From contig CM041465.1 in the NCBI GenBank assembly GCA_023213395.1, forward strand, positions 208,575,741 through 208,639,740: a stretch of 64,000 nucleotides of DNA, in the 5' to 3' direction. The number at the start of each line of letters is the position of its first letter. Positions within the stretch are counted from its first letter, which is position 1. Both the position numbers and the translations under genes were made by a program. The stretch is from Cycas panzhihuaensis (Eukaryota > Plantae > Cycadophyta). Under the pieces are notes generated by a model that was not told the origin of the DNA, did not search any database, and saw only the letters and a program-made list of their open reading frames with translations. Below are positions 11,040 to 23,834 of this stretch, one piece after another.

Positions 11040-14000
11040 TTATTTCATTTTTCTTGACACCTAAACCATCCCTTAGAGTTTGAAATCTGTCATGTGCTAG
11101 TGGTTTAATGAAAATGATAACTAACTATTCTTTTGTAAGCCTATACACCATCTCTATCACACCTTTTTGAATCATTTTTTGAATAAAGTGATAGTGCGTC
11201 TCTATATGTTTGGCGAGAACGGGAACACAAGATTCTTGGCAATCTTCAAGGTACTTTGATTATCAGTACAACATAGTTGGCTCTAATTGTTGTAGTCCCA
11301 TGTCCTCCAAAATCTAACATAACCAAATGGTTTGTGTGGCCGTTGCAACTACAACCTTATACTCTGTTTTAGTTGAAGACAAAGCAACATTTGATTGCTT
11401 TTTGCTATGTCATGTGATGGTAGTTGAACCCATACTAAAATAATACCCAAAAGTTGACCTTCTGCTATTTGCACATTTGGCCAATCAGAATCTATGAATC
11501 CTATCAACTTGAAATTATTGTTGTGTTGGAATTTGAGTCCATAGTGAACTATCCCTTTCATGTATTTGAGGATCCTTTTTGTAGCTTTCCAGTGACTATT
11601 TTGGTGCTACCATAAACCTGGAGACTATCCCAACTGCATAAGATATATTAAATTTGGTAGTGATTAGATATATTAGACTTCCCACTAGTGGCCTACACAA
11701 TGTAGGACCAACATCTGCTCCACCATTATTTGCTATCAATCTAGAACCTATCTACATGGGGGTAGTTGCAAGTTTATAATCTTCCATTTTGAATTTCTTC
11801 AGAATTTTCCAAGTATACTTTGCCTACAAGTTAAAGACATGTTCAAGTCTTTGCCATACTTCCACTCCAAGGAAGTAGTGTGGAATTTCCATATTAGTCA
11901 TTTCAAAGTAATGACTAAGATTTTCCTTGAAGCATGATATCATATCAATATCATTACTTATGATCAATAAATCATCAAGGTACACCACCACAAATATGAT
12001 TTTATCATTCTTTACTTTGATGTATAGATTTGAGTTAGCTAGAAATCTCTCAAATCCATTTTTCTAAAAGTATTGATCAATTTTCACATACCAAGCTCTA
12101 GGAGCGTATTTCAGATCATACAAGGGCTTTCTTAGTTGTCATTCCAAGTGCCCATGGCCTTTTTCAAGAAAGCTAGGTGGCTGCTCCATGTAGACTTCTT
12201 CGTTTAACTTCCCATTTAGAAATACGCTTTTCACATCCATTTGGTGTAGTTGATAATTGAATTGTGCAACTATCACCATAATAAGTTGAACAGTGTTCAT
12301 CTTTGCAACATGAACAAATGTTTCTTAGTAGTTGATCCCTTCTTGTTGATTGAATCCTTTTACAACAAGTCATGCTTTGTACCTGTCTACAGATCCATCA
12401 GATTTGAACTTGATTATGTAGATCCATTTACATCCAATTGCTTGCTTGCCAGCAAGCAATTCTACCAGATCCCATATGTGGCTTTTCTTGATTGCTTGGA
12501 TTTCAATCTCCATAGCATCATACCACTTCTTCTCTTTAAGTGCTTCTTCAATTGTAGAAGGTTCATTTACATCTAGAACACTTGCCATAAGTGACATGTT
12601 TATATGTTCAGAGCATCATATTTTTTATTTCACTTTCCCTCATATTTTGGTAACATTTTCTCAACATCCTCCATGGTTTTCAAATACTATTTTGGAAGTT
12701 TCTTCTTCGATGATGAAGGTGAATGCTTTATATCTGATAACTTCTTTGGCTCAGGATTTGACTTCAACTCTATCTTTAGCTCAAAATGAGCTTCTAGAAA
12801 TTGGAATGACTTCAATTCTACTACTTCACCAATGTCAAATGGCTCATTCTCTAGTTGGACAATATCATGCAAAGAACTGCATTAAGGCCACTCCCCAATT
12901 TGATTGTCAACATTAGTTGAACCAACATTCTGAGTATCATCTTTCAGAAAGATCATATCACGAGTTATGTGAATGTTTTGAGTTGATAACTCATATACTC
13001 TGTAAGCTTTGCTTTCCTCAGAGTACCCAACAAGGATGCATTTCATGCTTTGTCATCCAACTTTCATTGTTTATCCTTGGGAATATGCATGTATGTTTTA
13101 CACCCAAAAATTCTAAAATGACTAATAGTTGGTTTTCTACCTGACCAAGATTCCTTAGGTGTTATATTTCTAACCACAGTAGTGCTTCATTTGTCGATAT
13201 GCACAGTATGATGACTTCTTCCCATAAGTAATTTGTTACATCCTTGTCTCACATCATGGCTTTGATTTTTTCAATCAACATTTTGTTCTTTCACTCAAGA
13301 ACTCCATTTTGCTGAGGTCTATAAGCAATACCAAACTACCTCTTGATCCCATGATCCTTACAAAACTGTGTGAATTCATTTGAGGTGTATTCTCCCTCAT
13401 TGTCAGTTTGTAAGACCTTAATCTTTAGATCACTTTCATTTCCCACCATCTCCTTGAACTATTTGAAGGAAGTGAAGGCTTGTGATTTTTTCCTTAATGG
13501 AAAAACCCAAAATTTCTATGAAGAGTCGTTGATGAAAGTGATGAAGTATCTTGCACCTTCTAGTGAGATGACAAGCGTTGGTCCACAAATGTCTGAGTGA
13601 ACCAATCCTAAATTCTCTTAAGCTCTCCATGCCTTCTTTTTTGAAAAGGGCTCTCTATGTTGTTTTCCAAAAGGTTCACACAAACAACCTTTACTATCTA
13701 TCATGGGAAGACCATACACCATTTTCAATTTATGTATCAATTGGAGACTACTGTAGTTCAGATGATCCATTCGTTGATGCCATAGCTTTTGTTTTGGATA
13801 TATAGATAAGAACACTTTCTATACATAAGAGTGTCCTTGCAGTTTGTACAAGTTATTTACCCTGACACCCTTGGCTACAACGTTGTTTTGATCATCTTGG
13901 ATCATGCATTGCCCTGGAGAAAACATTATAGTCATATCTTGTTGTTCAATCTCCCCAACAAAAACAAGGTTGGCCTTTAGATTTGGTATATATAAAACAT

Positions 14001-15695
14001 TGTCCAGATATTGTAGTTCTCCATTTGGCATGATTGGAACTTTTCCTACTCCTGTGGCCTCCAAATTAGTATCATCACTAATGGTGACCCTTTGATTTTC
14101 TTCCCACATTTGAAAAAACCATTCAATCCTTTTAGCCATGTGCCATGAGTCACCAAAATCAATGAACCAAACATTCTGTGCATTCGAACCCATTTTGTAT
14201 GTTGCAACAAATAATCATTTTGAAATCTCTATAGGTGAATTGTTTGTTGCATCTAAGATGTGACCACATTGCCCAAGTGGCCGTTGTTGTCATTACTATT
14301 GTTTTTGCCTATGTTGTTGGGGTTGTTGTTGTTGTTATTGACGTTGTTGATGTTGCCATTCCTACCAATCCTTTTTAGTGTGGCCTGGTTTTACACAATG
14401 ATAACACATTAGCCTATATTATCCCTTTGAGCCTTCTAATTTGTCCTTTTGAACTGTGGGTTCAGAAGGGACATTTTTCTTTGGAACAAAGGGATTTTTC
14501 CCTTTTGATGTAGATGACAATGCTCTAGATGACTCTTTATACATGTATTTCAACTTTTGCTCATGTTCTGTAAGCAATGATTCCAAAGATCTAATTGTGA
14601 GGGTGGACTATTCGTCTGCCAAAGTTAGAGTGGTTGTGAAATTTTCATACTAAGGTGGTAGACTTCTCAGTATGCAGGCGATGATTTTTGAATCAAGAAC
14701 TATCTTGCCTGTGATCACCAATTGATCTTGAATGGATCTCACATGTCGTATGTGATCAACCACATTCCTAGTTATAGTATTCCCAGAAGTAAAAAGGAAG
14801 TTGGTTTTATAAGAGGAAATTATTATTATGAAGTCAGTTTTTATGAGAAATAAAAAAAGAATTATATATTATATTTCATTATGAAGTTGATTTTTGGACG
14901 GAAAATTAAGAGGTGGGTTTTAAAGGCTATAAATAGAGAAACCTTATTCATTTGTAAAACAATTCATGGAGAATGTGTGACCTTATGGTATAATGGCTTC
15001 ATGCCATTAGGGCCTTGTGCCTAGTTGGAGGATCGTGTCCGCCTCAAAGAGGGTTGCAATTGCTAGACATTATAATCAAGTTCTATTGTACTATTTATCA
15101 TTATTATGATTTATCTTTATTTGGATGATCTATTGTTGGATGTATGTGATTTATGTTTATGATCTACTTTGGATGGATGAATTATCACTATCGAAACTTC
15201 GTTACAAATATTTTCTGCTGTGAATATATCAGAAATATTTTTGTGGTCTGCTAGAAATTTTCTTCCGTCTATTGTTTATGAAAAGGGCTTGCTACACCAG
15301 TCATCTTGAAGGTGTATAGTTGACTCCACAAATTAAGAGCTCTCACATCGTCCTTATGCTTGAACAGATTCACCACCATGTCCCACATCTTCTTTGGTGT
15401 TGTAGCTGCTTTGATGTGCATGATGATGTTGCCACTAATTAACATGTTAAGAAACCCAAACGTGATCCTCATCTTCAATTCATATTCAACATTAAATGTT
15501 GCATTGGTAGTCAGTTTATTTTCAAAAGCAGTGATCTCTTTAGCATCCTTACCCTTAACTAATTCATCAGAATATTTCTAGAGATCATTAAGATGGAAAA
15601 AACTAAACATGTGGTGCTTCTAAACTGTGTAGTTTTTAGGACCTATGAGTTTCTCTATGACAATTCCTAGTATACCACTTCCACTAACCACTTTA
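11040..15695 (-). pseudogene. gag-pol: Copia-2 gag-pol, heavily decayed; gag interrupted by a solo LTR
   Basis: ORF fragments WFIDFGDSWHM (PR), LWHQRMDHL, VHSDICGP, EPSTIEEA...KAIGCKWIY (RT), GFIDSDW (RH); gag RALNLWSQLYTFKMT|RNVVDHI across the insertion. Confidence 0.9.
14773..15296 (+). mobile_element. Solo LTR (related to E-family LTRs) inserted in Copia-2 gag
   Basis: T(A)TAG...CTACA termini; TSD CTAGT/CCAGT (one mismatch); TATA CTATAAATAG; shares GCCATTAGGGC...AGAGGG and TTATTCATTT with the LTR at 49615; removing it restores the gag reading frame. Confidence 0.8.
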
Positions 15696-17904
15696 AGCAA
15701 TACGCATCAAAAACAACTGGAAAGCAAGAAAAACAAGCACCAAAGTGAAGAAAGAAGGCTATAAAAGTCCTCAGTCTATGTGCAGGTAGTTGGGATGAGT
15801 GGTTTCCTACCTCGGTCAACTCGTAGATGGAATACCACTGAAAAACTACAAAACTTGTTTTTCACTAAAAATTTGTACAAAAGTGCAGCATATGACCACT
15901 GGAAAATTGAAGCTCTTGAAAAATTGACCAACATGGTATATTTATTTTTGAAAATGGGCTCTTGAGAGTCTTGAAATGGCTCTAGCACATAGATGACCGT
16001 GTGACTAGGGGCTAGTAGATAGTGGGCTGACTTACGGACTTCCAAACACTTTACAATTTAATTTAGTGTCACAAAACTTTACAAAAAGTTAAATATTTTT
16101 TAATCAAAGTTTATTTTAAGAATATTCTCAATGAATATTCTTAAAAAATGCATGGGCAATGGATGGACCCCTCCACAAATTCAGTTGCATCTCACAAAAG
16201 AGATTGTTTCTCGCAAAATTTTCTCTGCCAATTTGTAGTTAGATTGTCAATGGTCAGTTTGAAAGGTCACACTAAGGGATTTCGTTGTTCGAGGCATCAT
16301 TGGTCATGCACTAAAAAATCCTCCTCCTCTTCAGCTCTACATTTGGCTCCTTTGACCTTGTTTCAACTTTATTCACAGTGATTTATCCATTGTCTGGCTC
16401 GTGTGCTTCGTTTGGCTCATCTATTTGACCTTTGTTTACTCAATCTCATCTCTTTTGTGTTTTATAGTTGATTTTTTCAGCCTATTTCTGCGTGGGCATG
16501 CTTTGCTTCGTCCCTACCTTTTTACCAGTTGTCTCTGTTCTTTGGCCTCATATGTGTCTAGTTTTGATGTCTTGTATGTTGAAATATTTGCGTAGGTGTC
16601 TTTTGTGGTCTGCTTCGCAGGGGTCTTAATCATTGGCTATGGTTGCTCGACATTTAATACATTTGGATGTGAGCTCGTTTACCTTGGTCTACGTCTAGGG
16701 TTATCATGGGCATGCTTGGGCATCTCCATAGGTGTCAAATATTGCATATGCAGGTTCCAAGTTGCACAAGGTTGCTCGATCAAGTCATCAAAGTTTGCCA
16801 GGTCATGTAGGGATTGCTACAAGTTGCCACCTGTGCAGAAGTTTGCCACAGGCAAATATTTTTTATTTTATATAGTTTATAAACTATATAATATGAAATT
16901 TAAAATATTCTTAAAGAATATTTTTATTTTAATACCACACCCCTTTCAAAAGTTTTAAAAATTCATCATTTTGATCTTCATTTTAGTATTTTGATTCAAT
17001 ATTTATAATAGCTTTCATTCAATATTACATAGATCATTTTTAAGGCTTTTCACTAGTAGAGATCACAACTCATTTAATAATCAACAGAGAACCTCAAGAG
17101 TATAGTCACTATATAATATTGTTTTTATTAGAGAAAATCAAGTGTTTAGCTTATAAACACTTTAATGAGAGCATATTAGAGCAAAGGTCTTCAATTTCTA
17201 TTGTTTTCAAAGATTGATTATCAAGATGCATGTGACATTTTTTGCCTTGCATGTGAGTTTTTTCCACCTACATGCGACCTATGTTTGTCTTCATGTCTCA
17301 TAAAACTTTCTATTTGGTGCCTGATTACTTGCATGCTTGTATTTTTGCTTGCATGTTTCATTCATGCCTTCAATCAAGTGTTCAATTGCCTTTAATCAAA
17401 TGTCTATAGTATGCATATTAAGTTTATCAAATGATTGAATACGTTAGTTAAGAAAATAGAATTTAATGCATGTCACATATGAGTCCTAATCCACAATCAG
17501 AGCCAATATACTAACAACAATTATAGTTGATAATGCACTATAGATGATATGATTTTGGTCTTAGCCCTCCTTAGTTTAGTCACAGATTGTTCACAAAAAT
17601 GAGAATTTCTTCAGGTCTGAGAGTGTTTCTCAAGAAAGAAATAGAGCCTGAATGAAGCCTCAAGAGAGGAGAGAAATAATGTCACTTTCTTTTCTATATT
17701 CCTTTCTTAAAGCATTACACATTTTTATACAAACTTGAGTTAGTTTGTATATCTGTCACCTGTGTACCTAATTATTAATTAGGTTCCCCTAAGTAACTTT
17801 TATAATGTAAAGAAGTGGGGTACACTTAAGTACCTTTTTACAATGTTACTTAAAACTAAGACCTATCATTTCCTCCCTACTGAAGAAGAAATTGACCGCA
17901 ATTT

Positions 17905-20900
17905 CTATTGGAGATGAGGAAAGTGCTTCTGGAGTCTTAACGCAAAAATCCATTTAGCATTGGTGCGTAGAGTTCCTTTATGTCCAAGGAGATATGTGGT
18001 CGTAGTACGTTGTTGTGTATAGTGTTGTCGAATGTCAAGAATGGTGTCTTCAGAAAGGAGAGGCTGGAAATCTGGAATTGTGTCAATAGGATGAATAGGA
18101 GGAGGTTCAGCTTCCAAATGTGGTGGCTCATATAATTTTAATTGATTGATATTAACCACGTCATGAATTCCCAAATGTGCAGGTAGATCAAGGCGAAATG
18201 CATTTGGTTCGATTGCCTTGAGAATAGTATATGGGCCAAACCGAAGAGGTTTAAGCTTGTGGTGATTCTTAAACCTTTTACAATCAAGGTGGAGCCAAAC
18301 CTTATCGCCAATTCGAAAAGTACCTGCAGAGCGGTGTTGATCCTGTATGCATTTATGTTTGATTTGTGTCTGATGAAGAATTTGACTGATCTTAGAGTGA
18401 AGCTTAGTCATGTGATCAATAAAAGAGCAGCTTTTTGTTGTTCCTTTTGCTCATGTTGTGTGACAGGAGAAGGTACAACCAATGAAAGTTCATAAGGAGC
18501 AAGTGGTTGATAGCCATAACAGACTTCAAAAGGAGATTGTCCAAGAGAAATGTGAGTTGCCCGATTATAGCTATGTTGGATATGATGGAGATGTGTGTCC
18601 CATTGTTTATTACTATGCTGATAAATGCAAAGTGCATGTACCAAAGTGCGGTTAACCACTTCCGTTTGTCCATCAGTCTGAGGATGGAATGATGTTGAAT
18701 ACTTAAGTTGGCAACCAAGCATTTTTCATAGAGCTTTCCAAAAATAACTAAGGAAATGACTATCCCTGTCAGAGATTATGGAAAGTGGAAGTCCATAATG
18801 AGTCCAAATATGCTAAAAGAATAAATCTGCAGCATGGGAAGCAGAAATGTTCTTGGTGCAAGGAATAAAAATAGCCATTTTGGAGAACTGGCAAACAATG
18901 ACGAAGATGCAGTCGTGACCATGTTGAGTTGTTGGAAGTCCGTTGGCGAAGTCCATTGAAATAGATTCCCAAGGTCAGCTAGGAACAGGAAGTGGTTGAT
19001 AAAGTCCAAGTTTGCGATTAGATGGTTTAGATTGACTGCAGAGAGAGCAACGTCATACATAATCTTCAACTGTCTTTGACAGAAAAGGCCAATAAAAATA
19101 TTGTTGAAGATGTTGAAGAGTTTTGTGCATGTTGAAGTGTCCGCCATAGGTTGAAGAATGAACTTCCTTAAGGATCTGTTGTCGTGGAGTGCCTGTTGGT
19201 ACACATAGACGATTCTGTTTGTACAAAAGTCTATTTTTGAGATGGTAATCCATGAAGGGTTCAAGATTTGATTGGGTTGGTTGAGATAAGGTAGTAAGGA
19301 CTGGGCCAAAGAAGGGGTTAGAGGGGAGCAGATGTTGCCAGTCAGAATATGGATTGAAGGAGGAAGTGAGAAAGGTGGCAAAGGATAAGGCGAGAGGTCG
19401 ACTAAGAAAATCAACGACTCTATTAGAAGCTCCTTTTTTGTATTTGATGACAAGATGGAATTGTTGGATATAAGAAGCCCATTTAAGATGTTTATGTTCT
19501 TGCATTTTGGATTGGGAGTTAAGAAACTGTAAGGGTTGGTGATCAGTATGAACAATGGTTTCATTGCCAAGGAGGAAGTGTCTCCAACATCGCAGGGCTT
19601 GGACAAGAGCATAAAATTCTTTGTCATAAGTGTTGTAATTGAGTTTGGCATGAGAGAAGGTTTCAGAATGGTAAGCAATAGGATGTCCTCCCTGCTTAAG
19701 AACTGCGCTAAGGGCATATTGAGAAGCATTAGTGTCTAGTTCAAAAGATTGTGAGAGATCAAGAAGATGAAGAACAGGTGTAATACAGAGGGCTATCTTA
19801 AGTTTTTGAAAAGTTGATTTAGCAAAGGAGTTCCAAACAAAACTTGAGGAATTTTTGGTAAGGACATTAAGAGGATGAGCAATGCTAGAAAAGTGAGAAA
19901 TGGATTTTCGATAAAAGTTGGCAGAACCAAGAAAGCTTTTGAACTCGGTTAAACTGGAAGGAGTTGGCCATTGCTGGATTATTCGGATTTTATCTGGATC
20001 AACATGGATGCCATCCTTGTCGATGAGAAACCCTAGATAAGAGATGGAGTCCTGCATGAAGAAACATTTTTTGAATTTGGCTTTGAGTTGATGTTGTAAC
20101 AGCAAAGCCAAAACGGTATTAACCATAAGGAGAACAACTAGGTTGAATTTTACCTTCATCAATCAACTGTGTCAGTTGTTTTTCCAATTCTGCACGAGTA
20201 AGTGGAGTCGTTTAGTAAGGAGCCTGATTAAGAAGTGGAGATCCAGGAACAAGATTAATAGAATGTTGCACAGCATGGATAGGGGGTAACCCTTTAGGTT
20301 CTGCAAAAACATCAGAGTACGCATCCAAAAGAGATTTTATTGCTTTAGGAGGCATCTTTGTACAAATTTCTTTTGTTGCCTGACGAATTACACAAAGCAC
20401 CATTGGCTTAGAGGTGTTGGCAAGTTTGATTGCAGGATTCCCTGTAATGACGGCCAAAAATGGAGAAACATTGTCTGCAGAAGACAACCTATATGCCTTT
20501 CCATTCTTATGTAGTGTATAGGTATTGTGATACCCATCATATAATGCTCATCGATCATGCTAATAGGGTCGTCCCAAGAGTATGTCACTGCAGTCCATAT
20601 GAGTGACATCACAATCAACAGTATCCAGAAATGGTGGAATAGCGAAAGTAACAGTACACATTTTATCGACTACGGTTGTTTGGCCATCCTTTTTTACCCA
20701 TCCAAGAGTATATGGCTTAGGGTGTGGCTCGGTTACTAATTGTAAAGAATCCACTATCGATTGAGAAATCAAGTTCTTCATACTTCCATTATCAATGATA
20801 TAGAGAACCAAGCGATCTTTAATTTGGCATTTCTGTGTGAAAAGTTTTTCTTTCTGAGAAGCAAAATATTCAATAGTCATTAACACAAGATGAGGATCAA

Positions 20901-21640
20901 GAGCCTGTAGATTGGGTACCTCTATGATGTCAGCAGAATCTATCGAAGCCTGATTTTCAGCGATCAAGGTACCTGATTTTTAGCGATCAAGGTACGAGGT
21001 TTTTGCTGTGCCCAACATTCTGCATCTGTATGGCCTTGAATTTTATGGAAAGAATAATATTTCCTCGTATTATTTGCTCGAGGTACAAATGTCCTGGATG
21101 TAGATGTAGATGTTGAAGGTGGTCATGGTCTTCGTTGTAGCTTATTTTCAATTTTGAGAGAAAATTGATAAGCTGCGTCAATCGTAGGAATCTGAAGAAG
21201 TTCCATTTCACGTTGTAAGGATGAAGAGTCCACCAATAAACTTTAGCTTGAGAATGTGGTCAGAATCAGAAATTTCTAACCGTATGGAAAGCTTAACAAA
21301 TTCATCAATATATTGTTGAACTGTTTGGCTTGCAACTTGGCGGAGATGAAGCCAACGTGTAGTGAGTCCATTGACGTATCCCAAAGGATAAAATCGACTG
21401 CGAACAATATTTTTGAAATCTGCCCATGAAGTAAATGGTTTATCAGGGAGTATGACTGCCACCATGTTAATGCTTGTTCTGCCATATGTACTTTAGCAAC
21501 CATTATTTTGTGTGCCTCTGTGAATTGTTGTGTTTTGAAATAGGCTTCTAGACTTCGAAGCCATGCATCTAATTTGTCAGCATGCATTGTACCTTCAAAA
21601 AGTGGGATACTAATTTTAGCGTCCAACTTGAACGGAGTTG
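17905..21640 (-). pseudogene. gag-pol: CRM-like gag-pol: gag, protease, partial RT, RNase H, integrase with GPF motif and chromodomain-like tail
   Basis: IPLFEGTMHADKLDAW (gag); FELDTNASQYA...YNTYDKEFYALV...VHTDHQPL (RH); YGGHF, TSFHPQTDGQTEVVNR (INT); RFGPYTIL; EDTILDIR...YLLGHKG...AKW. Confidence 0.88.
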
Positions 21641-21983
21641 GTTGAATCGGAACAGCTGTTGGAATACTTTGTTGATGCTATATTTGCTAAAACATTGCCA
21701 TCATGTTGTTGAAAGGTTTGTGCATCCTGACGTTGTTCTCGAAGCTCTTGTGTTAAGAGTTTTGTGAGGTCGGGATGTGATTGACCTTCTTGATTAGGAG
21801 ATATGATCGGAGCGGGGTACGCTTGCCTGGAGAAGAAGGGCTTATGGCAATATGCCCTAAGAGGAGATCTTATGAAAAGAGCAATGTGAATGGGGTACGC
21901 CTGCCTATGAAAAAGGGCTTATGGCAATATGCCCAAGAGAAAAATTAATGAAGTGTGCCTGCTTGCGGAGAGGGGTTCTGGCA

Positions 21984-22001
21984 TTTTTTTTTTTTTTTAC
22001 A

Positions 22002-22032
<31 letters not shown>

Positions 22033-22034
22033 TC

Positions 22035-22074
<40 letters not shown>

Positions 22075-22437
22075 TATATACATATATATATGTATATATA
22101 TATACATACATGTATATATGTATATATACATACATGTATATATGTATATATACATACATACATATATACATACATACATATATACATACATATATATATC
22201 CATACATATATATATATATATACATATATACATACATATATATATACATACATATATATATATACATACATATCTATACATACATATATACATATATATA
22301 TACATATATACATATATATATATATATGTATGTATGTATATATATATGTATATATGTATATATCTATATGTATATATATATATATATATATACATATATA
22401 TCTATATGTATATATATATATATATATATATACATGC

Positions 22438-22494
<57 letters not shown>

Positions 22495-22516
22495 TAGATA
22501 GATAGATAGATATATA
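21984..22516. repeat. Compound microsatellite: T15, (TA)n/(TACA)n/(TATG)n, (GATA)n
   Basis: About 530 bp of dinucleotide-based repeat inside the CRM-like 5' leader. Confidence 0.98.
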
Positions 22517-23834
22517 ATGATGGAGAATTTGCAGAAGAACTAAAAAGAAGACAAAATGCAACCCGAATGTACGGATCCATATAGTTGTACGGTCGTACGG
22601 AATTTGTACGGCCAAAATCGAAGTGGGTCTCAAAAGAAAGGTATTTAAGGCGCCTTTAAGAATATGCAATCCGTTTTGAAATCAGATCTTTATTTATGGA
22701 GTTATTCACTGTAGAACCAAGTTTTGCAGCTAGGGTTTGAAAGTTATTTTGGTTCATTTAAAAAAAATGAAGAAATTTTATGCTATGAATCTATACTTGA
22801 TGGATAGATCTATTCATAATAAAGATTTCATGGGCAGTTTGAAGAGATTTGCTTGAGTGTTTTTGAAGAAATCTGCATTTGAAGCTTTAAACCCGCCCCC
22901 TTTAATTTTTGCTTTTTTCTCCATTTTTGAATGAGATTTGGACTTCGATCCTTTAGAAAAGTTTGATATACGTGCTCTTGCGCTCCTTCGAGTGAAATTT
23001 CAACGAAATCTGAGCACTTTTTTTGGTCTGTACAAGTCCGTACGACTATCTGTATGCCTCTGCAAGGTTTGGAAAATTCTTTCGAAGTCTTCTTCTAAGA
23101 GACCGACTAGCTTTGATACCAATTGATATGATTTTGGTCTCAACCCTCCTTAGTTTAGTCACAGATTGTTCACAAAAATGAGAATTTCTTCAGGTCTGAG
23201 AGTGTTTTTCAAGAAAGAAACAGAGCCTGAATGAAGCCTCAAGAGAGGAAAGAGAGAATGTCACTTTCTTTTCTATATTCCTTCCTTTAAGCATTACACA
23301 TTTTTATACAAACTTGAGTTAGTTTGTATAAAAATGTGTACCTAATTATTAATTAGGTTCCCCTAAGTAACTTTTATAATGTAAAGAAGTGGGGTACACT
23401 TAAGTACCTTTTTACAATGTTACTTAAAACTAAGACCTATGAATAAACCCTTGCTCTATTACCAAGATTGCAATAAGGTATGCAATGGAGCCAATAATTG
23501 ATAGGATTAACTATCAAAACATTAGAAATTGATTCTAAATTTTTTTGATAAAATCTCTATTCAATAAATGTCTTACATTATACAAGTGACTCAATAATCC
23601 TTACTTCTCACTAAATTGCCTATTACAAATGACCTATATGTACTATATACAATAATGAATAGAATAATAATCCTATCTATTTTGACATATGTGAGGTGAG
23701 AGCCGTAACCCCATTGGCTCATCACTTCACAAAACATAAAATAATCCTCAACTAATATAATACAAAAATTAAAGGGGACATCCATAACCTAAGGTTATGA
23801 ACACATGAAATAAACATTAATATCTAACAACAAT

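Larger units (their letters stand above)
17545..23442 (-). mobile_element. CRM-like chromovirus (Ty3/Gypsy) with RT core deleted, inserted 10 bp from the Copia-2 PBS
   Basis: LTRs 17545-17868 and 23124-23442; TSD ATAGA/ATAAA; PBS TGGTATCAAAGC (23110-23121, -); PPT AGGGAGGAAA; CRM-type protease region (IIDNGSMKNLIS...PHPKPYTLGW...CDVTHMDCSDILLGRPY). Confidence 0.9.
3020..23829 (-). mobile_element. Copia-2: decayed Ty1/Copia LTR retrotransposon hosting three nested insertions
   Basis: 3' LTR 3020-3043 plus 10687-11025; 5' LTR 23466-23829 (~364 bp); TSD ACAAT at 3015-3019 and 23830-23834; degenerate Met PBS TGGTAATAGAGC (23453-23464, -); PPT TAAGAGGGAG (11026-11035, -); gag-PR-INT-RT-RH order. 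Confidence 0.93.

Noticed and set aside
18776-19729. 317-aa ORF as a separate gene
   Set aside because: Alternative frame overlapping CRM-like pol; only its end is true integrase after a frameshift.
21929-22669. Several long Tyr/Ile-rich ORFs on both strands
   Set aside because: Artefacts of the (TA)n microsatellite.
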